DNA of 63,180 nucleotides, filler included, from Dugesia japonica (lineage: Eukaryota), in assembly GCA_001938525.1 (NCBI GenBank). It is 7 parts of 7 records of this genome, joined end to end, with 100 filler letters (N's around TTAATTAATTAA, not from the genome) between each part and the next. Parts side by side here need not be neighbours in the genome. Positions count along the whole stretch, not along the records: positions 10,604 to 18,934 come from MQRL01607712.1; positions 19,035 to 28,016 come from MQRL01647632.1; 5 more parts are not named here. One strand, written 5' to 3'. Below, in pieces: positions 12,501 to 23,790 of this stretch. A program made the translations under genes and the position numbers. The notes beneath the pieces were generated by a model. It was not told where the DNA came from and did not search any database. It saw only the letters and a program-made list of their open reading frames with translations. Numbering within the stretch: the first letter of the stretch is position 1; every line of letters starts with the position of its first letter.

Positions 12501-12731
12501 TTGCGTTACCTTACGAGCGTGTCTCTAGTGATAGAATTTCATAAACTCTTAAAAAGTTATAATTTTTTAGAAAATTCAGTATTGAGTTTTTCTAAACAAA
12601 ATAACTTAAGTGAAAAAACAGTGAGAAAATATTTAAGAGAATTTAATATTCCTTATAATAGAAGATCAAAGATTAAAACTTTAAAAAGAGATGTTAATGG
12701 ACAATATGAATCTTTAAAACAAAGATATTAA
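12501..12731 (+). CDS. Small helix-turn-helix-like protein, probably Polinton-associated
   Basis: SVLSFSKQNNLSEKTVRKYLREFNI fits an HTH pattern; it lies upstream of the capsid gene. Confidence 0.35.
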   Translation: MRYLTSVSLVIEFHKLLKSYNFLENSVLSFSKQNNLSEKTVRKYLREFNIPYNRRSKIKTLKRDVNGQYESLKQRY

Positions 12732-13043
12732 CGTCTGCAAAATCAAAATCCCAAAGGGTTCCATCAAATTCCTAAACCACAAAATAGAAATCCTATCAAA
12801 CCCAATCAAAATCAAAACCAAGAAACACAAATTCCAAAAACCCTCATTCAAAAACCTAAAATAGAGCTAACGCAAACGAAGAGAGAGCTAAAGTAACCGA
12901 AGAACGATTATAATAAAATGAGTAATGATGATTTTAAAAAATGTATGGAAAATAAAATAAGAGGATCGGCGAACGCTATTTATACACTACTTGTGCTGTT
13001 GGTTGGAAGTTTTGAAATTTTTGTTATTTTTTATTATTAGAAA

Positions 13044-14027
13044 ATGGATACAATAAAACTCAATCTTGATAGTAATATTAATTTTCAACATTTATTTTTG
13101 AAAAATGATGTTTTGAGAATTTCACCTTCATCTGNTTCAATTAATAATTTAATGTCTTCTGGAGATATATCTTTTCAATCTTTTCAATCTTCAAATCCAT
13201 TAGATATTTCTAATTCAATATTATATTTTAAAATAGAGATTGATGTTAAAGATTGAGATAAAATAACTTTGGAAAATAATTGGTTTCCAAGTTTATTTAA
13301 AACAATGAGATTAACTTTAGGACCTTCAGATGTAGAAATAATTAATAATCCTGGAACAGCATCAACAATCTTAAATTTTATAACAACTAGTTCAACTTAT
13401 AAAAAGATATATGGTGAATTATCAGGATGGATTCCAGATATAAATAAAGGAGATGTTGATGTAGAAGGTCCTGATGCAAATCTTGGTTTTTATAAAAGAA
13501 AGAAACTTTATAATTCGAAAAGAAATTTGAACGTTGTTTTCTATTAAAACATTTAGTTGAATTTTTACAATGTTACAACAGATTATTATATAGTACAATA
13601 GTTGAATTTACTTGTAATATACAAATAAATGATAAATTACTATTCTTTGGTGATAAAGATATAACAGCAAATTTAAAATTAAAGACTTTAGAAGTACATA
13701 TTCCAGAATGTAGATTATTACCAAAAATGGAATTAAATATTTTAGAAAGAATCAACACAAATAAATCTATTTAATATTGATAATAATGAAATGATTTTCC
13801 CCTATTTAAATTATGTAAATTGTTGTAAAGACTTTTTCACTGAACCACAATTATCTTTACAACAGTTTAGTGATTTGTATCCAATCTTTTGTTTTTATGT
13901 AAGTTCCCAAGATGATAAATTAAATATTAGTAATGTAGATGTAACTTTACATATAAATACAGATAGTGATTTTAAAGGAACTTTATATTGGTGTATTCTA
14001 GAAGAAAAACAAATTGAAATGAAATGA
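13044..14027 (+). pseudogene. Polinton/adintovirus major capsid protein (double jelly-roll), disrupted and apparently internally deleted
   Basis: GDISF...ISNSILYF, LENNWFPSLF..MRLTLG..DVEIINNPGTAST, and C-terminal QFSDLYPIFCFYVSSQDD...VDV match the Polinton MCP pattern. Split over ORFs 13044-13256, 13269-13547 and 13791-14027. Confidence 0.8.
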
Positions 14028-14093
14028 TCTAGTTCTTAAATTGTTATGAATGAAAATAAACGAGGTGTGGATTTCATTTAGATTTTAAATAAA

Positions 14094-14633
14094 ATGTATA
14101 ATAAATGTTATTTTGAAAATTGTAACAAAATCTTACTTAGAAAATACAAAGCTAGACATTTACGAATTTGTTTAAAGAATATTNAAACAAATATTGGCGG
14201 TGATCTTCAATCTTCTAAATTAACTTCAGCAATTTTAAAACCATTTACTTGGGAAAAGTTTCCAGGAGAAAGACATGTGTTTAAAAATAATTATGCTGGA
14301 CCTGGAACAAGATTAGATATAAGATTAGACGAAAATAATAATCCTAAACCTGGAGAAGAACCAATTAATAGAGTAGATGAAGCGGCTTTAAAACATGATT
14401 TATCTTATCAAAATGAAAATTTATTACAAGCGGAGCGCATTAGAGATAGGCATTTAGCCGATGTGAATTTAATTCATGATTTGAATAATATTCCGAATCC
14501 AACCACTTCTGAAAAGATACAAAGAGCTCTTGTAAAATTAGCAATGAAAAGTAAAATCGTCGCTAGAGGCTCCTTGACCGAAAGGATTCTTTTAGGTGTA
14601 GGAACGAACGAAAGGGAGTCTCATCCCTATTAA
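14094..14633 (+). CDS. Zn-finger plus parvovirus-type phospholipase A2 domain protein (adintovirus PLA2X-like)
   Basis: N-terminal C-x4-C...H-x3-C, the Ca-binding loop NYAGPGT, and PINRVDEAALKHDLSY...DRHLAD with the catalytic HD. Confidence 0.88.
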   Translation: MYNKCYFENCNKILLRKYKARHLRICLKNIXTNIGGDLQSSKLTSAILKPFTWEKFPGERHVFKNNYAGPGTRLDIRLDENNNPKPGEEPINRVDEAALKHDLSYQNENLLQAERIRDRHLADVNLIHDLNNIPNPTTSEKIQRALVKLAMKSKIVARGSLTERILLGVGTNERESHPY

Positions 14634-14690
14634 AAACAAAGAAAATAAATTTAAAATAAAGAGAAACAAGGAACTCCTTTCAGTCGTCCC

Positions 14691-14870
14691 ATATTAGCAA
14701 ATGAATTACATCATGAATATAGAAAACCAAAACATTTTCTAAAAGTAATAATAAAAGAAAAATATAATACTTGGGGTTGTGATATTATTGACATTGTTTA
14801 AAAATCAAGTGATGATTATAGATATATTTTAGTTTGTATTGATTTATATTCTAGATTTGGTTTTTGTGAC
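14691..14870 (+). pseudogene. Polinton-type retroviral-like integrase, N-terminal fragment
   Basis: ILANELHHEYRKPKHFLKV...NTWGCDIIDIV*...YRYILVCIDLYSRFGF (cf. LAxELHKPxR...WQADLVDM...YILxxIDVFSKYAW). Truncated at about 14870. Confidence 0.85.
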
Positions 14871-14874
14871 GACC

Positions 14875-15170
14875 CTCAACTCTTGATTTACGAATAATAT
14901 CAAAATTATGATGTTTTATAACAACTTTTGCAATCTCATATTCAAAAGAATTTTGATTTAATAATATCACATTGATAGCCAATTCTGGTTTTGTCTATGA
15001 ATCCACCAACATGTTATTAAAGTATTAATTAATTTGACATGGTTAAAATAAATTTTAAATGATTAAATTAAATACTGACGAAGACAAGGTCGAAATATCG
15101 ATTCGTTATCCAATATCAATAATTAAAACCTAAATTTTGATCTAAGCTTTTATATTAAATGAATGATTAA
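14875..15170 (+). mobile_element. Penelope-like 3' fragment with hammerhead core, truncating the Polinton integrase
   Basis: CTGACGA-AGACAAGGTC-GAAA at 15075-15095. The tail AAATTTTGATCTAAGCTTTTATATTAAATGAAT is homologous to about 2333-2365. Confidence 0.6.
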
Positions 15171-15543
15171 ATTAAATTAATAAAAAATTAATTTCAACTT
15201 TTTGCTGTTTGAACAATACCTATTATTACATGGTTAAAATAAAATTTAAATGGTCTAAATGGCTTACAAGGTTTTGATTAATGAATGGTTATGGTTAGGT
15301 CACATGGCTTTGTGAAAATTCTAGAAATGTCTATTATCTTACTTGGGTTTGAACGATACCTTAGTTGACGGGATTAAAATTAAAGGAATTTAGTTAAATA
15401 TAAATATATATAAATATATACATATAAATACAGTTTACACTTTTGCAGGGTTTTATAAAGAAAAGGTCTACTAGAATGTTGTGAAATCAGATGGTATTGT
15501 TTGTTCTTTGAATAAGGTTCTAAAAATAACTGATTTGATTTAG

Positions 15544-16305
15544 TTAAATTTAAAGGGTCTACGTGAGCACAACGAATCTGTCAAAGTCATTCAAAATGAT
15601 CCAGTCAATAGTTATACATCAACAGTCAAATATTTTAAAAATCATTCAGAAACAGTTAGCTTCCAGACAAAAAATAGTAAGCCAGAAGTAAAATTTAGTA
15701 AAACAGCAGTAAAAAATGGTACCGCACCAGTTCTTGGATGGCAAGTTTATGGAAGAAATCGTATTTTTAAGATGGTGTAAGTGAAAATAGTATTAATTGT
15801 CTATTGAGTTGGAGGTTCATTTGGTAATAAGGATAAACAGGAAATTTGTTTTAAATTAATTTGTGAAGGAAGAATAAAATTTTATTAATTTACATTTTCT
15901 CAATTGTAAATTATGACATAAATTGTAAATTAATTAATTTTACAACTTTCGAAATTTAAAATATTTATAATTATTATTATTATTACTATTATTATTAATA
16001 ATTTTATAACTATGGGTTTAAGTTTTTATAATTTTTGTGTATAGGATTCCATTTCAAACAAAGTTTCAGAAATTGGAAGTCTTCTATGAGAAAATCATTG
16101 ACAAACAAACGTCAACAGGAAACGAATCAAGTAAGAAAAAAACAATATTAATATTAAAAATAATAGAACACCATTTTTAAAATATTTATTAGCTGCAATA
16201 AATTTCGACGGAAAAATTGTCATCATCAATCAATTAAAGAATAATAAAACAAACTATTTACAAAGTTTAAATGACTATATAATTTTAATTATGCAGTCTC
16301 AATAA
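15544..16305 (+). CDS. Three candidate 3' exons of an unidentified gene (15544/15556-15776, 16045-16130, 16193-~16305)
   Basis: AG acceptors and GTAAGT/GTAAGA donors. The phases join into one open frame (…GWQVYGRNRIFKMV|IPFQTKF…GNES|TAINFDGK…*). No recognisable domain. Confidence 0.4.
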
Positions 16306-16334
16306 TGATCAATGAAATAATTTTAAGAGCGATG

Positions 16335-16685
16335 TTGAATTTGTCAACTGTACATAAATTTTAGGATTTATTGCCCTTATCAACAAAGGTTAACATTTCT
16401 CTCTCCCAATAATTATTAAATCCACTCCAAAAGATTTTAAAATCAGAAAACCCCATTGACTCAATTTTTAATTCTTTAAAATTACTTTCCAATAAAATCA
16501 CTGCACAGAGCAAGAATTTAATTAACCTAAGAAAATTATTTTGCAAATGTTTAAAGTCAATAGGGTTTTCTGATTTTAAAATCTTGTGCAATGGATTTAA
16601 TAATTATTTGGAGAAAGTAATTTGTGGAGCTATGTTGATAGGGACATTATATTCTAAAATTTGTATTCAATGACAAAACACAAGG
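16335..16685. mobile_element. Foldback/MITE-like element with ~125-bp imperfect inverted repeats
   Basis: AATAATTATTAAATCCA..AAGATTTTAAAATCAGAAAACCC.ATTGAC (about 16407-16460) is mirrored at about 16555-16608, and similarity extends outward. Confidence 0.75.
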
Positions 16686-17489
16686 AGCAAAAATTAAATC
16701 GAGTCTATATTGAACAAATAATTCAAAATAGTTCTATACATCAGTAATGGTGCTTGTGGTTTCATCATTGCTGGAGAGCCGCCTTTGATCCTAGTTGTTA
16801 ATCTCTCTGATTACTTTTTGTATTCATGTGATCTGTTAAATTTACTTGCTTTAAGTGATGTATATTCAGTCAACGATGTTCACTAACTCTTTTTATCTTT
16901 CATTTCCTCAAGTCTTGATCTCTGGGTCTTCCCAATGTTTCTGTTCTTGGACTGCGAGTTGTTCTTTTAGTGTCATAATCTGCAACTCTTTCTGACATAA
17001 TCTATCTTACACTATCCACCAAGACTTGAAATGCCCGGATGGATCCCCAGCAAATTCCAGAGTCCTGGCATCTGACTAACTGGATTCATATTAATTATCC
17101 GCCCGTGCTTGCTTAAGGCATTCTCAGCAACAAATCAAATAATACGTTGTGACATCTATAATAAACGTAAGTCATACTAGATATAATGGTTAATAATGCG
17201 TCTATTTTAAATTAGGAATGTAATTATTCGAAATCGAATCATTAAAGAAGAATTTAAATACAACAAAGATTATTAAATCAGTGCTATACATCATTTCGAG
17301 AAAACATTTTAACTATTCGTATCTTTATAATACTATAACCAATATAATATTTATTCAAATCGATTTAGTTATTGAATTGATCAAATCAGATTTATTAATT
17401 AAAAGGGTTGATAATCTTGAACAATCATTACTACCAAATCATTCATTAAATTACATGTGAAATGAAAAAATATTATAAAACTATAAATG

Positions 17490-17790
17490 TTACTTGGCCG
17501 GAAAAAGTGTTAGCGGACAAAATGGTACGCGCAAAATGGTATGATGGCAAAATGGTACTGACAAAAACATTTAGAGTGAGTTCGATTGGATATAGTCAAC
17601 TTTGGGCTGTACACGGCTTTTACAATCTTTTACACGGTGAAGTTTATCTTGCAGTGTTTGCTTTACAGTATTAAAGAACCAAACAAGAATATCAAAACCT
17701 CTATCAAGAAAATTTCAATTTTAATGCAGAATTGAATCCAATTTTGATTGCAATTGATTTTGAATTGGCAGCCATTTATTCCACAGCATA
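17490..17790 (+). mobile_element. MULE (Mutator-like) remnant: subterminal repeats plus transposase fragment
   Basis: Three CAAAATGGTA repeats, then YSQLWAVHG...VFAL...TKQEYQNLY...LNPILIAIDFELAAI (MULE domain pattern). Confidence 0.7.
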
Positions 17791-17859
17791 TCGAAATCTA
17801 TATCTTTGAAATTCTCACTGCAGTACCAGAATACAGAGAAATCTATGTAATATGTGATT

Positions 17860-18540
17860 TAGTGTTTTGAAATTACCCGAATTACAACTACCCGGGTATT
17901 CGAGTAGTGAATTTTCAAACTATTACCCGGGTTAACCGGAAAATTTTAAAAATACATGTAAATTCGTAAAAACTATAAAAACTACTGTAATGTAACATTT
18001 AGATATCGTCGCATTGCTATATCTGTCCACTCATCTACTGTAATTGTAAATTTTAAATCATTTTCAATTTTCTTTTAATCAATGCTACAGTTTCAACTTT
18101 TCTTTCCTCTAAAAATTTGATAACACAATTTTAGATGGTAGTTACAAAGGTGGGCATTTTGTAATTTCGATTAGTGACAAAATCTCGAATAGCTTCACAT
18201 TTNACAATAGTATTTAAATGAAATTCTATCTTTTGCAGCAGATCTTGCAATTATTTCTTGCAATAATGGTCTATGTACAAAATACAATATTCTTAAATTA
18301 GTATTTTGCTCATTTGATTGTACATGAGTATGTTTATTTAGTGGTGCTCCACTAATTTCCTTAGAACTGCTGCATTTTGATGATTCAACGTTAATATCAT
18401 GGATTTTCGAGTGGTTTTTCATGGCAGTGGTATTTCCTCCTTTAATTGGAATTTTTCATGTGCATCCAACTACTTGACAATGCGATTCATTTAATGTTAT
18501 TTTTTGAAATAGTTTCAGACTCTTGATTGTTACGACATTT
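17860..18540 (-). mobile_element. hAT transposon remnant with BED zinc finger
   Basis: The minus strand gives SRV*NYFKK...HCQVVGC...GGNTTAMKNHSKIH (BED finger). TACCCG subterminal repeats at 17875-17940. Confidence 0.65.
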
Positions 18541-19309
18541 TAGGAGCTTAAAACCACAAGTTAAATACACAAAATTATTGCGTAAAAGATTTATTTAATG
18601 TTTTCTAATAAATGTTCTATTTAAGTTTCTCAATTTAGCAACTTTAAATAAATATATAAATAAAAACAATAAATATTGAACACCTTAAATTTTATTGATA
18701 AATGTTTTACTTATTTCACTTTTTTAATTTAACTTTGTGTGCACAAAAAATTTAAATGACAAAAAAAATTAACCTTTAAATAGTTAACATAGCAACCATC
18801 CACAATCAAAGCTTACTTGTATATGATTAGTGGAAAGAAACCTATATACNNNNTATGAGGAAATAATTAATAATTTCAGCCAATAAGAATTGAGATAACT
18901 AAATATTATTATTTAGTTAATTGTATCTTATAATNNNNNNNNNNNNNNNNNNNNNNNNNNNNNNNNNNNNNNNNNNNNTTAATTAATTAANNNNNNNNNN
19001 NNNNNNNNNNNNNNNNNNNNNNNNNNNNNNNNNNAACTATAACAATAAAACTTTGACAAATATACTTTTAAACAGATTAATAAATATCAAATAATTAACA
19101 ATTTAATAAAAAAGTTTATTTAAATAAATGCTAACCTACTTCAATACAGTTGAATAAAAAACTGAATACAACTGCAAAAACAAAAAAATACAATTTTCAA
19201 AAAATTTTCCCAAATTCAAATATCTTCTTCATTACCAAAACACAAAATATAAATTTAAACAAACCAGAAATTCCTAAACAAGTCTCTATCATAAATTCCT
19301 TACATCCCT

Positions 19310-22300
19310 CCTTTAAGAATTTTTCAATCTTTTCCACGTTCCTTTCTAAACGTTTCCCATCCGCACTTTGCAAAACATATCGTCTGTCATGTACTTTTCC
19401 AAAACTGTAAATGGTCATTCGAATCGATCCTGACTTATATCCCCCGTTTCTACTTTCACCAACACTTGTTCTCCTACCCTGAAATGTCTTTTCATTAAGA
19501 CCTGGTTTTTCTGTTGATTGCATTTTTTTTCATTACTTCTTCTTCATACGGGCTCACACCAACATTCTCTACTGAGTTGTCTACCAAAAATCATCTCCTC
19601 TGGACTTTTCTGTGTTGACGTCTAAATCGCTGCATTCAAAGCCAATTCTACTTCTGGTAGAATTTCACTCCAATCTGTACTGTCTCTATCCCGCNATGTA
19701 ACATTAATCCAATCCCTTATTGTACGAAATTGTCTCTCAATTAATCCGTTCGACGTGTGATGATAAGGACTCGATGTGCTTAATATTCAAATCCCGAGCA
19801 AAATCATTCATCGCTTTCGATTCAAATGTTCTGCCGCAATGTAAACAAATTTTACGAGAACAGCCAAATTTTAATATCCTACTCTTAACTATTGCTTCCT
19901 GAATCGTCATCTCATCCTGTTCGTTTAAGCTATTAATATCACATATTTCGTACACTGATCAATCATCCCCAGAATATATTTCTTTCTACCTTTTGTTTCT
20001 TTCAGAGGACCGTAAATATCCATAGAAATAACTTCGAACCGATTTACAGGTTCTGTAATCTTAACTTCTTCCTGTGTTGTAGTAGTTACTGATTTATTTT
20101 TTTGGTAAATTCTGCAACTACGCACAATTTCTCAAATATTATTTATCAGTTGTTTTCCATGGTATTTATTCCTCATATAACCAACCGTCCTATTTACACC
20201 AGCATGACACAATAAACTATGGATACCTTTAATTTTATTTCTCATTTGATCTTCTGGAATCCATTCTTTCCAGACGAACTCCCTTTCTTTTCAAATATTT
20301 TTTGATTCTCATCATCTTCCACCAAAATTTCATTTAACATTCTCGTATTAATTTTGCCTTTCATCGCTTCTTCATGTATCGTTTGAGATTGTACACAGGT
20401 TTCATACTTCAACCGGCTTAACATATCTGTATTTCCATAAAGAACTCCTTTTCTATATTCAAGACTTATATCTAGGCTACTTAAATAGTTAATCGAAGTT
20501 TGAAACTGTGGAGTAATCGGTTTCTTTGTAGACATCATAAAAGTTATTGATTTATGATCTGTTCGCAGAATAAACTTCCTTAAATATAAATAATGTTTGA
20601 AATGTACTAAAAAATAGTACACTGCTAACATTTCTTTTCTCGTTATACAATATCCTTTTTCATGACTCGTCATCGAATGTGATCCGTAAGCAATAATGCT
20701 TTCCTTTCCTTCACTATCTTTCTGCAATAAAACTGCCCCAATCGTATCGAAACTTGAATCTGTATCAATTATAAAATCTTTATTTAAGTCCGGAAATCCT
20801 AAAATTTGAGTTGTCTGCAACGCGTTCTTTAATCCATCAAAAATGTTGTTCAATTCCTCTGTCCAAATCAATTTTTTATTACTCGATCCACTGCATAATT
20901 GTTCTAATATTCGAGCTTTATTTGCATACCACTTTATGAATTTTCTATAATAGTTACAAATTCCGAGAAAACGTCGCATTTTCTTCACACAATTGGTCGT
21001 CGAAAAGTCTTATTAGCTTCTATCTTCGCTGGATAAGTACGTACTCCTTTTACACTAATAATATGACCTAGAAATTTAATCTCTTTCTGGAGAAACACAC
21101 ATTTTCCCGCATTTATCCTCAATCCCGCATCCATAATTCTTGATTACACCCTTTCAATAATTTTATAATCTTCTTTTGAATTTGAGAAAATCAAAATGTC
21201 TTCTAAATACATGATCGCCCCGACCAAATCTCCTATCAACTTCGTCATCATCTCTTGAAACTTTCCAGGTGCCGCTGCTATTCCAAATGGCATTCTATTT
21301 AAACAAAATTGCCCTTCTTTGGTTGAAAAAGCCGTTTTCTCCTGTGATTCTTCACCTAACTCTACTTGATAGTATGCGTTCCCTAAGTCAATCGTACTGA
21401 AATACTCAGATCCTTCCAATGCATCCCACATTTCATTTATATTCGGAATAGGAAAAGCCTGTCTCTCTGTTATTGCATTTAATCTCCTAAAATCTAAACA
21501 TAAACGAATATCTTTCTTATCTTTCTTCCAAATGCACACCAGTGGTGTATTCCAAGGTGTAATGCATTTCCTAATGATATTATTTTCAAATAAATTCTGA
21601 ATTGCCTTGTCAATTTCTCTCTCTAAATTTCATGGTTGTCTATATGGCTTAACATTGATCGGACCTCCATTCGTAACAATCTTGTGAGTAATCAAATGTG
21701 TCTTGCCTATATCCCACTTGTCAGCCATAAACACATCTGCTTTCCCTTTACAAATTTCCCGCAATCTTATATCTATAGATCCAAATATACTGCAAAATTT
21801 TGACCATCGTTCTCCATTCCAAATTTTTCTTCCAAATCGCGCTTCTATATTGCATATGTAATTATTGTATCTTTCTTCGACACTGGCGACATCTGCTTGT
21901 GTAAGCTGCAGACCAAAACTCTTTAACAAATCCATTCCTCCAATTACGCCAGTATTTACTTGTTTGATCACCACAAATGTGACCACCTGACTTACTAATC
22001 CAATCTTTACCTCTGCAAATACTCTCCCTACCGTCTCCAACCTACTATTATCAGCACAACGTAATTTATCACCGCTTTTTTTCAATTGACCTCCTCTAAC
22101 TTGTTGAAATACTCTAAACTCATCACATTAATACGTGCACCTGTATCTAGCAATCCATCCACTGTATATCCATGAATACACATTGACACACCAGGTCTAC
22201 CTTGAAACCTATTATAATTTTTTTGTCCCTCTTCTATGGCCTCCACTATCTCAACTTCATCTTCTCTAAAATTTCTTCTCTTCATAAACCTATAAGCCTT

Positions 22301-22318
22301 CTCCCACACTTTGTCCAC
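19310..22318 (-). pseudogene. pol: Gypsy pol (protease, RT, RNase H, integrase), frameshifted
   Basis: LLDTGA (PR); RLCLDFRRLN...MPFGIAAAP...YLEDILIF (RT, YLDD changed to YLED); TDSS...EMLAV...TDHK (RH); H-x4-H...C-x2-C and ISMDIYGPL (IN). Confidence 0.93.
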
Positions 22319-22566
22319 GTTCTCCCACTTCTCTGCTCCTTAAGGATACTCAACTAGTCTTTCTATTATTATACGGCTCCAACCAACTCCTCTACTGGTG
22401 GAAACCGTTTGTTTGGGACAGATTTTCTTATTTCTTCCTCTTCGGATTCTCTATCAAACTCTCGTTCCTTTCTCTTGTTTTCTTTTTCTATCACGTTTAA
22501 CTGATTATATCGTCGTCTATGTTCATCCATATCTATTCTGTCCCCCATTTATCGACTTCCAGTATT

Positions 22567-23145
22567 TCAGTAACAATTTTCCATCCGATGGTTCCCACTA
22601 TTACATCGTCTGCATCGCCCCTCTGGGCACCATCTTCTAATATGACCAACTTTCTCGCACCCGAAACATCTAATTTGTTGTCTTTCTTGGTATTCTCTAC
22701 TAATATGGCCCTTTTTATGACACGACCAACATTCCTGTACTTCTTTCACAGGACAATTCTCTCTTCTATGACCAACTTTATGGCATATCCAATATTTTCT
22801 CTCTCTTTTGTCTTCACTTCTATCCCATTGTCTGGCATCTGTAAACTCTCTCGGTTCCGCTCGTTGTCTACTTACAACTCTCGCATAACTGCGTACTACA
22901 TTAAATTGTTCCCTCTTCTGCTCTACTCGATCCAACAAAACTAATGTTTCTAGTTTTCTCAACACTACTTCTTCTTCTATCTCCCGATTTTCAGTACAAA
23001 AAACAAGCATTTTGGCAATTAACTGTTCCTTTGTAAACTCTTTATTATCAAATATCTTACCTGCCATATTTTCTACTTTCTTTATATATGGTTTTACTTC
23101 CATATTTCCTCGTTTAAAATTTAATAAATTCTGTAAATATTCCAC
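22567..23145 (-). pseudogene. gag: Gypsy gag with four zinc-knuckle-like motifs
   Basis: YWICHKVGHRRENC, CWSCHKKGHISREY, CFGCEKVGHIRRWC and CRRCNSGNHRMENC. Confidence 0.88.
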
Positions 23146-23371
23146 TATGTTTTTATCTTTTTCAAAAGCCAGATGTAAACGAGACTGAAACCCCTCAGTT
23201 TTTTTCGCTGTATTTTAACGTATTCTTCTACTAAATCTTCATCCAAAAATATACAATTTTCAAAAAATTTTACCAAATTTTACCAAATATCTTCTTCATT
23301 ACCAAAACACAAAATATAAAATTTAAACAAACCAGAAATTCCTAAAAAATTCTCTATCATAAATTCCTTAC

Positions 23372-23372
<1 letters not shown>

Positions 23373-23425
<53 letters not shown>

Positions 23426-23790
23426 NNNNNNNNNNNNNNNNNNNNNNNNNNNNNNNNNNNNNNNNNNNNNNNNNNNNNNNNNNNNNNNNNNNNNNNNNNN
23501 NNNNNNNNNNNNNNNNNNNNNNNNNNNNNNNNNNNNNNNNNNNNNNNNNNATAATAATAATAGCAGGGTTAATGATAGTAGTAATAGTAATGTGAACACA
23601 CGTTAGTGATGACGCTGTAATAATGTTATTACTGATAATAATCAAAAATTATTAAAGATAAACTTAATAATAATAGCTAGGTCATAAAGGTGATGATAAT
23701 AACTACAATATTAAATGTTAACTATCCTAATGTTAATTGTAATGATAATAATAATAACAAAGATTATCTGTGATAATGATAGAGATCATA
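23373..23790. repeat. (TAA)n microsatellite and degenerate extension
   Basis: Perfect TAA run, an N gap, then decayed TAA/TGA triplets. Confidence 0.9.

Larger units (their letters stand above)
19035..23372 (-). mobile_element. Ty3/Gypsy LTR retrotransposon, near complete but decayed
   Basis: Order is gag-PR-RT-RH-IN. PPT AAGGAGGGA (19313-19305) precedes the 3' LTR starting TGTAAGG at 19304. The same LTR start occurs at 23372, with homology to about 23250 (rest of 5' LTR and PBS deleted), and abuts (TAA)n. Confidence 0.95.

Noticed and set aside
16740-17140. Possible LINE ORF1-like relic on the minus strand
   Set aside because: Only vague similarity, with many stops; cannot be supported without a search.
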